The notes below the pieces were generated by a model. That model saw only the letters and a program-made list of their open reading frames with translations, was not told the origin of the DNA and did no database searches. From Negaprion brevirostris (lineage: Eukaryota): DNA of 64,000 nucleotides. The stretch spans positions 55,904,101 to 55,968,100 of the forward strand of contig JARDVH010000121.1 in NCBI GenBank assembly GCA_030324005.1, in the 5' to 3' direction. Every line of letters begins with the position of its first letter. Position 1 is the stretch's first letter. Of this stretch, positions 36,107 to 49,699 are shown piece after piece. The translations under genes were made by a program, and so were the position numbers.

Positions 36107-36744
36107 ATGTTAAGGAAACTGTGAGTGACCATGACTTGGAAGCCAAACTTCTAGTTGAAGCTAGTTGAAAGGGACCATTAAGAGTTTAGATGTGGAATTT
36201 GACAAATCCATTGGTGCAACACAGACAAGCTGAAGAAGACAGAGGCTGAGAATAACCAAAGCATCATTACAGAAACAATTGCAGAAACGAAAGTAATATT
36301 GATCGATCTACATTCTTCCGCAGAGGGCGGAGGTTCTGCAGACATATGTCATTTTGGATTAAGACCATGCCTGTGGAACTTGGGTTGATTATGTGTCGCT
36401 GTCTGCTTGGGGTCCTGAAAATGAGGAGCTGAAATTCTTATAAGGAAGAGAAAATTTTAAAAATGTTTGTGACTGAGTTTGACTTGTATGTTGAGCATTC
36501 TGCAGAGCTGAGTTGTAAAATCTGTCCAAGTTGTTACCTGCCAATTAATGTGCAATTTACAGTTTATCATCGACTGCAATTTGCCAGTTAATTCATGTTT
36601 AACCCATGTTGACTGGGTTTTAAAGTATAGGTGATTAACTGAGGTAGTAGTTAGTATTTGCATTGTAAAAATTCTAATTTGGAGTGTGGAATCCGTGGCT
36701 TCATCTTTTAGTAACTAACTGGGATTTTGATTTTTAAAAGAAGT

Positions 36745-37380
36745 ACTGGTCTCTGCTGTGATCATAACACAAGATCTTGTCCAATTCTGGGCAACTCTTG
36801 AGGAAGGATATCTGAAAGCTTTGGAGGGTTGGAGAATGGATTTACAGACAGAACAGAATCAGAGAATAGTACAGCAAAGGAGAACGCCATTTGGCCCATC
36901 GAGTACACACTGGCTATTTTGTAGAGCAATCCAGTTTCTTTCATTGCCTTGTTCTTCCCACTTATCCCGACAGTATTCTTCAATTGTTTATTCAGTTCAT
37001 TTTGAAAGCTATTATTGGATTCAGTCTGTTTCTACCATCCTGTTGGGTTGTGCCATTGCTTACCGTTAGGATAAAGAACAACTGTTCTTATTGCAGGAAG
37101 GGTCACAATCCAGAGGATACCAATTGAAGATGATTGGCAAAAGGAACAACAGAGACATGAGAATTTCAGCAAGTGGTTAGGATCTGGAATACACTGTGGT
37201 GGATACAAGTACCGTCTGAGCTTTCAGAAGGAAGTTGCTAAGAATCTTTAAGAAAATGATTGCAGAACCATGTGGAAAGGGTGGATGAGTGAAACTAGCT
37301 GAGTTGCTCTTGCAGAGAGTCAGCACAGAAATGAATTTGGTGAAAGGGCACCTGTGCTATAACCATTCTGATTCTATGAA
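36745..37380 (+). mobile_element. Old CR1 3' fragment with an inverted CR1 tail piece (36850-37060, -) inside
   Basis: VQFWA..L..D.KALE-like start, and the tail gagtgaaactagctgagttgctcttgcagagag...tgtgctataaccattctgattctatg. The internal reversed tail reads atagtacagcaaaggagaacgccatttggcccatcgagt. Confidence 0.7.
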
Positions 37381-37580
37381 GTCAAAAGTGCAATGGAATG
37401 CTCTCCAATTGCCTAGTTGAATCCAACTCTAACATTGAAAGAAACTCAACACCATCCAAGACAGAGCAGCCAGTTTGATCAATGCCTTAAGCATTCATTT
37501 CATCCATCACCAGTGCACAGTGGAAAACTGTGAATCAAGCCTTGTTAAATAGCATTTCCAAACCTCTAGTATATGGGAGC
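37380..37580 (+). mobile_element. LINE family B fragment
   Basis: aatggaatgctctccaattgcctag...aactcaacaccatccaagacagagcagcc, homologous to 9895-10010. Confidence 0.65.
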
Positions 37581-40500
37581 TATTCATTTGAATTGGGATT
37601 TTTAATTGTGGTTTTTGGAAACTGGGAAGGTGCAGAATTCTGGCGGTTTGAGGTACATGCATGTATGATATGTTTATTTTTTTTTTTGTTAATGTAGTTT
37701 GTATGTATGTCTTAAGACTTCACTACAGAAAACATTCTGCAGATTTCAACAATTCCTAATTTAGTGCGGTGTTAACAAGTTTACCTGTACTGGCAATGGT
37801 AAGATATAATTTCAATTTACTTGAATTATGCAACTGGTCATTAATACAATTTAAAACGAGAAAGGAGACTGATGTGCTAGCTTAATCTAACTTTCATAGT
37901 GAGATAGCTTTGCAAAACAATGAAAACCATAGTGACTTCAACGCATCTGTTTGCGTATGCATAAAGTTCAGTTTGTGAAACTTAATTTCCTGCAGTTAGG
38001 TTTCCTGCAATTTCTGCTTTCTGCTTCCTCGATCCATGTGGTACTCGAGGAGTTAATTACTTGGCGTAAGTTGAAGTTCAGTTAGTATAACCTCCCTTTC
38101 TGATTGGATGTTGAAAGGTGAAAATAAAAGCACTGTAAACTTTTGACCCTTCATTTGTACATTCTGCATTACGCCCACCGTTGGTGAATTGGAGAATGCT
38201 TTCACTAAGTTAACTGACGAACAGTGTGACATGTAACATGTCATATTTTGAAGCCTTCCCTGAATTTCGGGTACTGTAAAAGCAACTCTTCCAAGTACCC
38301 GTTTGGCAGCATGTTTACAACTCAAAACTATGCAAACTCCATACATGATACTTCCAAAATTTAAAGCTTTATAGTGTGCTGAACTACAGTTTGGCCTGCA
38401 GTCTTCAAAANNNNNNNNNNNNNNNNNNNNNNNCCACTTTTTTATGCAGTTGCAATAACATGTGTTCTCAGGTTGGCAAACAGCAGAGAACTTGCTCCAA
38501 CAGGACATTGAGTTTACTTTGGGTTATTCGCAGACTTTGGTGAAGGCCTTTTATTGATTTTTTTTTATATCAAGTTCAAAAATCAAACATAAAGAAGTTT
38601 TAAAATACACGATACATTTTTTAACAGTAATAGAAGTGGTGATTGCACATTTGAAATCAATTTTTCCAACTGCAGTAATTTTTTTGCCAAAGCATTAAGT
38701 ACATTGGTTGTAATTGGCCTGAATCTACACCATCAAGTGTTTTAAGAACATTTTGAAGATTTTTTTTTGCTGAGGTTATAAATCCCTCCCTTATTTCCTT
38801 CCCTTTACTGATTTCTTTATGCGTTTCATCTCCTGCAGACGAGGGGGGACCCCATCTAAATGACTTCTGCTCTTCTGTTAATATTGCAATTGAGCCAGCT
38901 TCGACAAAAAGCACTACCTGGAAAATTGTCAGGAAGTAATGCCATGTTACTATAATGGAGACGTTGGCAAAAGCCTGCAACCAGGTCTGTGGTTACTTGG
39001 GGGAATGACATTCCATGTGAGACATCAGAACAGGAGAAATTAAGAATTCAAATATGGCTATTGGTGGAAATAGGTTGTGCGTTGTGGCAAATGTTGCACT
39101 AGTCTTAAAGGATGAGTTAATCTGTTAAAAGCTTGATTTGCCTGTGTCTTAGCAAATTTGGTTCAGTTATGCTTTATGAAGTTTGTTTTTAAAAAGTACT
39201 TATTGCACAATTTTCTGTATCTACTCTAATTGCAAACAGATACATACATATGTATATTAGAAGTATTAGGTAACTGCAATGATTTAGTTTCAAATGAGCA
39301 GTACCTTGGTTTTTAATGTAAAGAAACGTCCAGTTTAGTTGGAATTTCAGGAAGTGAAAAGGACTGCAGTACAGCTTCTGCTACATCAAAGAACCATTCG
39401 TTCAACAACTCTGGTTTTATGTATTTGAGTAGGGCTAGAACAAAGCTTCAGAGCTTAATACACGCTGTTATTTTAATTAGCCACTGGTTACAGTCCAAGT
39501 TTTGAGCTGTTACTGACCCTACTTCTCTCGCTCTGCCAGAATTATACTTTCCACTTCCTTTTGCATACACATATACTCAAAGATAAAAGCTGAATGTAGA
39601 GGATTTCTAAATACAGAAGAATTGATTTATTTCAGCTAAAATTAGTAAGCATATTGAGTGGGATTCTTTGATCTTGTTCATGGTGATCCCATTGCAAGCG
39701 GGAATGGAAAATTTGACATTCCAGCTAAAACTCCATTCACTTTCAATGGTACTGGAAAATCATATCCCTGCCATCAACAAGGAAAGACTTCGGCCAAGGG
39801 ATTTCACAGTTCTGTGGGGAAAGGTTAAGGTTGGTAGTGTTTGTGGTCCTGTCAACAGGCAAGGATTTCAAGAGTTTTTGAAGAGTTTACTGCAGAGTTT
39901 AGTTTGAGAGCAAAAGGAACACTACAGGGATTTTAGTAAATTACATATTCTCTGTCTCATTACTTCATTTTGTTCCCAATGGGATAAATCACTCCCCAAC
40001 AAATTAGATGAGACAATATTTTACAATTAGATACTAACTTGGAGATGTTTTAATCCCCATATTATTGTGCTCCACTATTATTGTAAGCTGTTCTGACGTG
40101 CAAAATTCAGGCATGCTGACTTGGTCCAAGCAAGATCATCAGTAGAGTAGCCCGTATAGCGTGGAGTAGTAGAAGTTTGTAATACATTTTAGGTGGGCGT
40201 GTGTGTGTACATGTCTGTGTGTGCACATGGGCCAGGCACGATAAACTGACTGGCCTCTTTCTGTGCTGGTCAATCCATGATATGTCTGTTTTGAGGGTGA
40301 TGAATAGTTGGGTCATTCTACTTCTAGCAAAAGTGCTGTGATGTTTGTCCACTTGGGATGAGGATTGAAAGTTTCTGACGCCTGTTTCTAATGTTTGAAA
40401 TGAGTCACGTGGGCTTCAGACGAATGATATTAAGTTGTTCCAATTCAAAACAATTATGTAGCAACTCCCCTTTTATATCGTGGCAGCATGAAAACGTGTT

Positions 40501-41119
40501 GCCAAAATTTGAGATTTGAATTGGCCAAATTATTAATCACAGAAGGTGCACACAGTTTGACGTTTTTTATCCCATCCCCCTCCCACCGGTGCCTATCACT
40601 GTCCTTTCAGATGTGGATTAGAAAATTGATTGCCATTCAAAGGAATCTCCCAACATGAAAACATCAAAAACTGGTCTGACAGGTATTCAGGCATCCACTT
40701 GCTTATTGATATTAAATATCATTGCTCAGATTATCACATTACCATAGCTGAAGCAGCCCTGTTTCAACAAATGGTTGTTCACTCAATGCTAAATCTTCAA
40801 CAATGTCTCAGGAAATTCTGTGTTTAGAAGAAGCAGCATGAAAATATTACCTGCTTGTTTTCTTGCAGAAATTCTTGTGTCTGGATTAATGGATGCAGCT
40901 TTTCGTGTAACTGTGAACAATTGACACTTCAGCTGCATCACCTTTTTTTAAAAAAGATGATTAACTTTGGCACAAAGTGGAGTATTTTTCAAACCATGTA
41001 TCTACTTGACTTTGAGAAGTATTGAGTCCTAAATGAGCTGCAACATTGCCTGTAATGGTGAGGCAAATAATTAGATTTGATCTCAGTTGTCCAAGCGTTA
41101 AACATTTACTAAAGTTATC

Positions 41120-41890
41120 AAACATTTATAGACCATCCAGCCCAGCAGATCCACCCTGATGTTGATGCTCCACACTCCAAGAAATCTTAGCAACTTCCAT
41201 TTCTACTACTTTGTCACTTTTGTGTATTCCTCCCCCTAAATTTATCTATTGTATCTAAATGATACTATTTGTCTGAACTACTTCATATGATAGTGGGTTC
41301 CACGTTCCAACCACTGTCTTGGTACAGTTTTCTCCTAAATTTCTTAACAGATTTATAAGCAACTGTCATATTGATTTCTCCCAGTTCTGGGCCTGCAAGT
41401 AGAAAGGTCAATTTTTGTTTGTCTTATCAAATTTCTTTCATAATCTTGAAGACTTCTATCAGGTCTTTGCTTTTCTAGGGAAAAGAGCCCAGCCTATTCA
41501 AGCGTTCCCAATGAATGTGACACTGTTCTGATATAGTTTAAATGATATTGCACCTTTGTCCCTATGTCCTTTGTATAGTATAGAAACCAGAACTGTTCAC
41601 ATTACTCCGAATAAGGTTCGATGCACTTATCAGCTTTTTAATTTTATTCCTCAATGCATTGTCTTCTAAAATGGATTTATTAACCTGTGTTGCTATTTGC
41701 ATTGATTTGTTTATTTGCACCCAGCCCAATCCCTCTGTTCTTCAACCTCATTTAGGCACTTATTTTCCAAGCAGTACGTGTTCTCATTGTTTTTCCTCCC
41801 TAAAACCACTACTCGTGCTTATCCATGTTGAAGTTAATTTGCGTATCATGCACCTATTTTGCAACTTTAATCATGTCTTCCTGTATTGTG
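41120..41890 (-). mobile_element. Old CR1 LINE 3' part
   Basis: Reversed CR1 motifs (ttccacgttccaaccact, tttcataatcttgaagacttctatcaggtc, accagaactgttcacattactcc). Confidence 0.7.
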
Positions 41891-41974
41891 GCATGAAGTG
41901 GGTATGATTTGTGTTCAGTTTGTTTATTAAGTAATGAACGACAGTGGTCCCAACACCAGTTGCTGTGGGAACAC

Positions 41975-42395
41975 CACTTTTTCTTGGGACATTCGTGGGA
42001 CATGGGTGTCGCTGGCTGGCAGCTTTTACTGTCCATCCCTAGGTTGCCCTTTAAAAAGGTGATGATGAATTGCTTCTTGAAACGTTGCAGTCCACATGCT
42101 GTGGATTGACCCACAGTGCCGTTAGGGAGAGAATTCCAGGATTTTGACCCGGCAACTGCAAAGGGACGGTGATGTATTCCCAAGTCAGGATGGTAAGTAG
42201 TTTGGAAGGAACTGCAGGTGTTGGTGCTCCCATGTGTCTGCTGCCCTTGTCCTTCTGGATGGAAGTTGTTGTGGGTTTGGAAGGTGCTGTCTAAGGATCT
42301 TTAGTGAATTGCTGCAGTGCATTTTGGATATTACACACTGTTGCTATTGAGCATTGGTGGTGGAGGGAGTGGATGTTTGTAGATGTGGTGCCAGT
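41975..42395 (-). mobile_element. LINE family B 3' end
   Basis: ORF 41854-42183 contains FAVAGSKSWNSLPNGTVG..GLQRFKK. Reverse complement of 10020-10330. Confidence 0.85.
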
Positions 42396-43829
42396 CATTT
42401 CCCACCATTTGCAAATCCAACCAACTGCCTTTTAATTCCTATTCTGTTTTGTTGCCAGCACCAGGTTAAGTAGGATAATACCATTTGTGCTATTTCTTGA
42501 TACCAGCACAATCCTAATTCCTTCAGATGTTTTATCTTGCACGACCTTTTTGCTCTGTTTGTTTGGTAACTTTTGTATGGCATTTTCTTTGCATCTCTCT
42601 AGAAGAAATCTCTCTTAATTTGTGTCTCGTTAGCAATGATTAGTTCAGCACTGCAGGCCACTTTATTGTTGAATGACAATTTTGACTGTTTGACCTGGGT
42701 GTGTGACTGGAACAGGGTGTTGTAGGAGAGCAGTGGGACGATCCAAGAGATCAAGAAAAATACATTTTGCTGAAGGACTTGAGAAAGAAGTGAAATAAAC
42801 AAAATTATAAAATGAAATTTTAAAATTGTGATGAATTTTTGTTAAACATTAGATATTGAAATTTTGTTCTTGTGGATTTTTTAAATATCAGAGTTTTTTT
42901 GGGATAACTTGCGTGTTGTATGTTTTGCTCATGCAGATTTAGTTCAATACATCTAACCTGTCAGCAGTACAGAACCAAACGACCTCAGCACAAGTTGGAA
43001 TTTGCAACACTGCTAGCTTTGTTACGTGTTTAAGGTCAATCATTTAGTAACAGCTTATTCAGTCCTGTCTGGAGACAGGATTCTTTCTGGGCGTTTAGAA
43101 GTGATTGATACAAAAGCAGAACATTATATTAAATTGGGTCAGCAGAACCTATAATTTTTGTTGAAATAGAAGCCAGTAATTTCATGTTGTTAATACACCC
43201 TTGCTCTCTTAGGCTTGAAGTAAGACATTGCATTGGGAGTTACTAAGTAAGAACACGCCTGTGCATGTATATCAGAACTTTTTTTTTTAAAAAGGTGGCA
43301 GCGTAGTGCAATTTACTTCAGTTATGGAATTGCTGAATGTTTAATAGGATGAGTGTTAATCCCTACAGCCTCTTTTTGAGACTTGCAGAATTTGTAGTAC
43401 CATGTGATTTTAAGCAGAGGAAACTAAATTTTCTTTGAGGTGATCTATGCCACCANNNNNNNNNNNNNNNNNNNNNNNNNNNNNNNNNNNNNNNNNNNNN
43501 NNNNNNNNNNNNNNNNNNNNNNNNNNNNNNNNNNNNNNNNNNNNNNNNNNNNNNNTGCCACCATTTTGAGACATCGTAGTAATAAGAAAGAAGAAAATTT
43601 CTATTTTTCTTTGGCCTTAAAGCCGAAAAGGGCCTTAGAGGAAAAGTTTGAGGCATGTTGTCTGAGATTTTGTGGGCGCAAATGGCAACAAGTGTGCAAA
43701 ATCCCACAAGAGACCAGTAGTGACATTCTCACAGTGCAATCACTGCCACCACCACCACCAAACCCAGGAAGGACAAAAACTTTATTTAGATATATTATTT
43801 TGTTAGTTGGCTTGTCACCGCATTGAGGT

Positions 43830-44230
43830 TTTCCCGTCACACTGGTGAGGTTTACAACAGGTCTGGAGCGTGATGAAGCAGACAAAGAGACCATGTCGGT
43901 GAATACAGCCCCCAGGGGGGAGAGCCATGCCCTGCCCAGTGCCAGGGTACAGTACAGTGCGGTGCACTTTCTCTGGGGAGTGTGGGGACTGTTCTCAGGA
44001 GGAGAGGGGTGGGGTCCTCCACATGCAAGGGGGGAGGATTCTGCATTTTTATTCTGAGTGCTGGAGATCTGGGTGCCCTTTAAAAGGCATATTACAGCAT
44101 GGTTCTCAATCTTGGGAAAACTGACATTGATGGCTCTTTCAGGTCCTGCCACACCAGCATGATAGCATGGGATGTGCCTTCAGGATTTATTTTCTTCTAT
44201 GTGCTGAACAATATAGCAAGAAAAGTCACA
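43830..44230. repeat. GC-rich non-autonomous DNA transposon (Harbinger-like) fragment
   Basis: Abrupt GC-rich block with gagatctgggtgccctttaaaa and tgccctgcccagtgccaggg, resembling shark GC-rich MITE internals. No clear TIRs. Confidence 0.35.
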
Positions 44231-46099
44231 CCAATTTTCTCGCTGGTCCAACACTTAGAAGAAAAACACAGAAAATTCTGCCCATCAACTTTTGCTGTTG
44301 TTGAATACCAGTGTGAATTTTCTATTTCTCAAAGTGGATTGCTTTTTAAGGTCCATTTGAGTGTAGTAATTATGTTCTTCTCTGTTTTGAGGTGACTTGT
44401 CAACCGGCTGAGAAATGACCTTGCTTCAAATAAGTTTTGGNNNNNNNNNNNNNNNNNNNNNNNNNNNNNNNNNNNNNNNNNNNNNNNNNNNNNNNNNNNN
44501 NNNNNNNNNNNNNNNNNNNNNNNNNNNNNNNNNNNNNNNNNNNNNNNNNNNNNNNNNNNNNNNNNNNNNNNNNNNNNNNNNNNNNNNNNNNNNNNNNNNN
44601 NNNNNNNNNNNNNNNNNNNNNNNNNNNNNNNNNNNNNNTCTGGGATACTTCTTAAAAAATTGATTTAGTTATGGAAAAAGAACCACCCTAATTGATCATA
44701 GAACAGAGGTTCTGAATGGCAAGACCTCAAACTCCCTTTTTTAAAAAAAAACTTATCTTTGGAGCTGGCATTTAAAAACATTAAAAGCATATACATCTTG
44801 CTGTAAAGGAAGATACCTGAAGAAAGCATCTTAAATTTCCACTCTTGTGGCATCATGAGTACATTACAGAAACTACACAATTGATATCACTTCATGACAT
44901 CAGTGCAGAGAAAAGTTTGCAGAAAATGCTCGCTGTGCAATTTAAACGTAAAATAGAAGAGCAAGAGGAGTTGCAGGGAGTGTTCTATTTTGTTATAACA
45001 TTTAAGAGTGAACCCATTCTGTTATATGTTCATTACTTTTTCTCAGCTTGCAGTGGTAAGCAGGATTAATTTTTAAATATTAAGATCAGCCCTTCCTGCC
45101 TTTTGGGTTTGAATTGAGTAGCTAATTCAGTTTTAGTGAAGATGGGTGAGAGAGGATGGATGGGTGGACTACACACACACTGTCCCTGGATTGTGAAGAT
45201 CACAGTTGTCGATTGTCTGTTACTGCGCAATCCAATTTGTCTTAGCGTGTGCATTATTGACATCGCTTTTACTCTAAATATCCAATCCAGTTACTGATCT
45301 AATGTTCATTGTTATTGCCCATCTAAATACAGGACTGACTTATGTTAATAAGTGTGTGTGCATGCATGCATCTCATTCCGTCTCGAGGATTCCATTCACA
45401 GGGACCCAGATGTGCCAATAGATATTATCGCCTGGAGCTGCTACTAGGATGGCTGGTGAAGGACCATGGGAAATATCTTACTGGTCCAGCAACTGTACTG
45501 TTCTTGAGCTGATATTGAGATGCTGTTATTGATGCGATTTACTTTGCATCTAACATGGTCATTGGCTGGCCAAATTCAGTGCAGATTGGAATTGAACTTT
45601 GTTCCTACTTTCCATTCTTGTCCAGTACTAAAATCACTAACACCGTGAGCATCAAATGTAATTGAAAAATAACTTAGAATGGGTGACTGAACTCCACAGC
45701 AGAAAATTTTGCTCATATTTTTGAAAATTTGTTCTATACAATGTTTGTCTATAATTAGCTCTTAAGTTTTGGACAAATGACTCACACTTCATACTTGATA
45801 GTTTAATTTGCATTTGAGGCAAGTTATTGAAATATGGGGTATGGCTGGCTGGTTTTGCATCATTTTTTAATGACTAAATGACTTTGATTTGATTAATAGT
45901 TAAGTGTCTTGATTAACAGAGGATATTTTTAAAGATAGAGAGTCCTAGAAGTAAGGTATGTGTCATACCTGGTATGATGCATTGAAGTATATGTATGCTA
46001 CCCTTTATTAAGCAACCTCAAAATGCAGCATTATTTTAATGGTTCAGTAAATCTAGAAATTAAAACATAGTGCTTGAATATGTGGTCACTTCCTAAACA

Positions 46100-47085
46100 C
46101 CTGACCATTTTCTCTCATGGCTCCATGTTTGAACATCTTTGATCAGGTTTCCATCCCTCGCTACTATAACAACAAAGCATCCATAATCAGCCACAAATGA
46201 GGCCTTCATAGACTTGACCATGGTGCATTATTTCTTCTTATCCTTCTTGACCTCCACAACTTTTACCAGGGTTGAACCACAGCATCCTCTTCCAATGCCT
46301 CTCTGCTATTGTCCTGCTGAATAAGACTGTTCTTTCATAGTTCCACTCTCACCAATTCAGTCACAGGCAGAAAATCTCCTACAGATGTTTCTCTTTCCAA
46401 CTCTGCACCATTGCACTTGGAGTCCCAAGGATCCTTATGGCCCCTCTATTTGCATGTTCCGTATGTATTTTGATGACATCCAGTTCTGTTTTACCAACTA
46501 AGTAACCTCTGCACTGCCACTGTGCTGTCCGACCTATGGTCTGACATCTAGCCTTGAATGTGATGAACATCTCATCCAGTTGAAAATTGGAAAGTCCAGT
46601 GCTATTGTCCTCAGGCCATGCCTAGTCTTTGATACTACTCGCTCCTTAGCCATTGTCTTGGGCCGAAGCAGAACATTCCCAACTTTAGCATCCTAACCGA
46701 TTCTAAGTTGAGCTTCTGACCCCATTATCCTCTTCATCACAAAGACATTTTAATTCCATTTTTGTTAAATGGTTTGATTCCAGCCTTGCCTTAGCCTAGC
46801 TGTTGTAGGAACTCCCATTTATGCCATCCTTTCCTCTCAAGTCAACTATTCCAGTGTCTTTCTTTTTGAGGCATCCCATTTTGGGATGCAAACTTGAGAT
46901 TACCTAATGCTCAGTTGCTTGAATCCTATCTACATCTGGTCCATTCATCCATCAGTAATGGGCCAAATGGCCTCCGGCACTGTAGAGATTCTGTGATTAT
47001 ATTTGCTGATCTGCATTAGCCCCTGGTCCACTAACGCTTCACAGCATTGACATTTTCATCTTTGTTTGGATCCTTCCATAACTCT
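46100..47085 (+). mobile_element. Old L2 LINE, RT domain to near the 3' end
   Basis: LLILLDL, NHSILFQCL, GVPqGS.lgPLLF-like (ggagtcccaaggatcc...gcccctctattt), DDiQ and LHwLP-like remnants. A short HE1-like tail is inserted at about 46955-46998. Confidence 0.75.
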
Positions 47086-48399
47086 AGGTAAAGGATCAAC
47101 ACCAAAATGAGAGAGTTTGTGCCAGATGGTCATGTTTCCATGGTGTAATTCTGTGAATAACCTATTCCAATTGCTATTGAAGCTCACAGATAAAGAACAA
47201 CAGTTGAAGGGTATTCTGTGGACTTGTACCTTGATGGAAGAAATAAGAAGGAAATAGGCAAGTGTAAAAATTGGAGTATTTGTTTTATCAGGCAATGGCT
47301 GTAACAGGGCGCTGTTGTTCTAATTTGAAATGAAGTGGAATGATTCCATTTAACAGGCATGTCATTTCAAGGAATTTGCATGCTTTATTAAGAATTACCA
47401 TTTTCTCCCCCCGTAATTAGTTTCTCTTTGTGTTGCGATGGCTTGCAATGATATGTCTGGCAATGGAAACTTGGAACTCTGACTCAGTAGCTGATTACAG
47501 GAGTCAAGCATGGTGGCCATGTTGATGTTTGACCAGTTAATCTGATTTACTAGTAGTTAGCCAAAGAAATGTTGGCGGCTAGCTTAATTTTGTTACTCTT
47601 GCTCTCCTTTATAATAGTACTGAGTTTAATATCCCAGATAATCCATTGAGATGACTCCTCAGTTTAAGATACTGCTACATTAACCTCTAGTTCCGTACCC
47701 CCCAATTGTACCAGGGTCGACAGAGAATGCACACAAAAGCAGAGATATGTAAGCCATTAATACAACACATGAAACTAAAATATGTGTTTTCAAATAATTA
47801 ATATTGAAAATCCTAGCACTGTTTCCAGCTCACCCAGAGAAGTTGAATGAACTGCTTTGTTTAAGATTGATCCTTAATTAACATTTAAAAGTATTCTTTT
47901 GATCGCGGCCCTTCAAAAAAGGTACTTGGAAAAATAATTGTCACAAGTTATTTATACTATATGTAACAAATAACCCATCTGGGTTCTCTTCACTTTGTAA
48001 AAACAACTAACCATCGTAGCCAGTCTCTAATGCTATAGCTCTAATTTTTGTATGATTCCCAAAGCTAGCGTTAGTGAGGCTAAAGTCAATTATCTTTGTA
48101 ATATGATCAGCATATCTCCATAGTAATTGCATTGATGCACAGTTTAGCACAAATTACCTAATATGCTGCCCAAAATAATCAGTAGGCTTTTGTTTGTTTT
48201 CATCAAAAAAGTTCCATATTATACTAAAGGCCAACGTTGCATTTTGTTTTTTTCTTGCTACTGAGTGTTTGCAAAAGGAAGAGATTGTTAAACTCTACTC
48301 TGTTGTTTGACTTTTGAATAATTAAATTTTAATTGTAGACAGGTTATTCACGTATTCAAATACAAGACATTTGGGTCAGCCAAAATGCCACTAATACAG

Positions 48400-48742
48400 A
48401 CAGTGCCACTCGAGAGACATGAGTACAAATATCAAAACTGACACTCCCTGGGAGTACTGATGGAGGAAGTACTGCCTTTTGGATGACACATTAAACCAAG
48501 TCCCCATCTGTTTTCTCAAGGGGACATGTAAGATCCTTTAGTGAAGAAGTTATCCTCAGTGCCATGGCCAATATTTATGTATCAGAAATGTATGTTGAAG
48601 TACAGATTATCTGGTTATTGTATTGCTGTTTGTGATGATGGTTTGTTGTGTACGTAGCGGCTGCCACGTTTCTGACATTCAAGCAGTGACTACATGTCAC
48701 AAATACTTGATTGGATGCTTTGGAACATCCTGATGTGAAAGT
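48400..48742 (+). mobile_element. SacSINE1/DeuSINE-like SINE with Deu domain
   Basis: ttttggatgacacattaaaccaagtccccatctg...gtaagatcc...gaagaagttatcctcagtgccatggccaatatttat...cagattatctggttatt...ggctgccacgtttc matches the Deu-domain plus L2-tail architecture. Confidence 0.8.
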
Positions 48743-49699
48743 CTCTGCCCATCGTTAAGCTGAGGTAACTTTTTGGAAATAAATTTTTGTCTGCAGCTCA
48801 GTGACACAAATGGCAACTCTTGCCTGTTTTAACCAGCCATTACAAGCCTTAAACAAACGAAAATAAGTTTCAGCACAGCTGGCTGCTGAATAATATTCCC
48901 TGAGCGGTGCTTTAATCTTGCTTTCAAAAATGCCCCTTATTGCATTGATTATTTTACCACCAACTCCCCCACTTGCCATCGTATGATAATGTGCTTTTCT
49001 TGAGGGTGGGAGTGGATTAACTGGTAAGTGGAGAAGAGGCTGTAAATAGACTTGGAGGGTGTGATTGAAATAATAGTATGAATTAAAATAGTGTAAGATT
49101 TGCCCCTCTTTTTCTCATCACCCTCATTTCCTTAATATGTATTTGTAATGTTTAAGAGCTGCTTTTTGTTTAATTGCTGCTCTTAATATTTTAAGTGACT
49201 TTTATCACTGCACACAATTTGTGATTCCGTAGCTCTAAAAGGATTAGTATCTCTGCAGTAATTTTGTTAAAAAGCCATTAATCAAATTGGTATGCATTCT
49301 ATAGCTAAAGCTTCAATTGTTTTATTTAATCTTTTTAAAATAAAATGCATGAAATAGTGCAGTGTCTGTGGTAAGTTGAAAGAAAAATATAGAGCTCAAC
49401 TTGAGTATTGGGAGAAATATATTAAAATCCTAAGGATTCTCGAAGCACACAGCATAATTGTCTTTGCCCCTCAAAATTTGGAGATTCTTGCCATCAGCAA
49501 TCACCATTTTTAAATTAAAATGTTAGAATTAAGGCTAATGTTTTTTTCTGTCAGGCAGTTATCTGGCGATGGACTCCTTTTTGGTATAAACTAATTCCAC
49601 ACTAAGGAGATTCAGTATCTTGCTTTGTTTTTCTTTTTCCTGGTTTATAGTTGCAAAAACAATTGAGTTTCAAGCTTTTCTTAAAATTGGTACTATATT

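Noticed and set aside
38839-38939. Strong-looking splice acceptor (tttcatctcctgcag) and possible exon
   Set aside because: All three frames hit stops within about 100 nt, and the peptide resembles nothing I recognise. A non-coding exon cannot be excluded.
43601-44152. 183 aa ORF on the - strand
   Set aside because: It overlaps a GC-rich repeat-like block, has no recognisable domain and shows no convincing exon structure.
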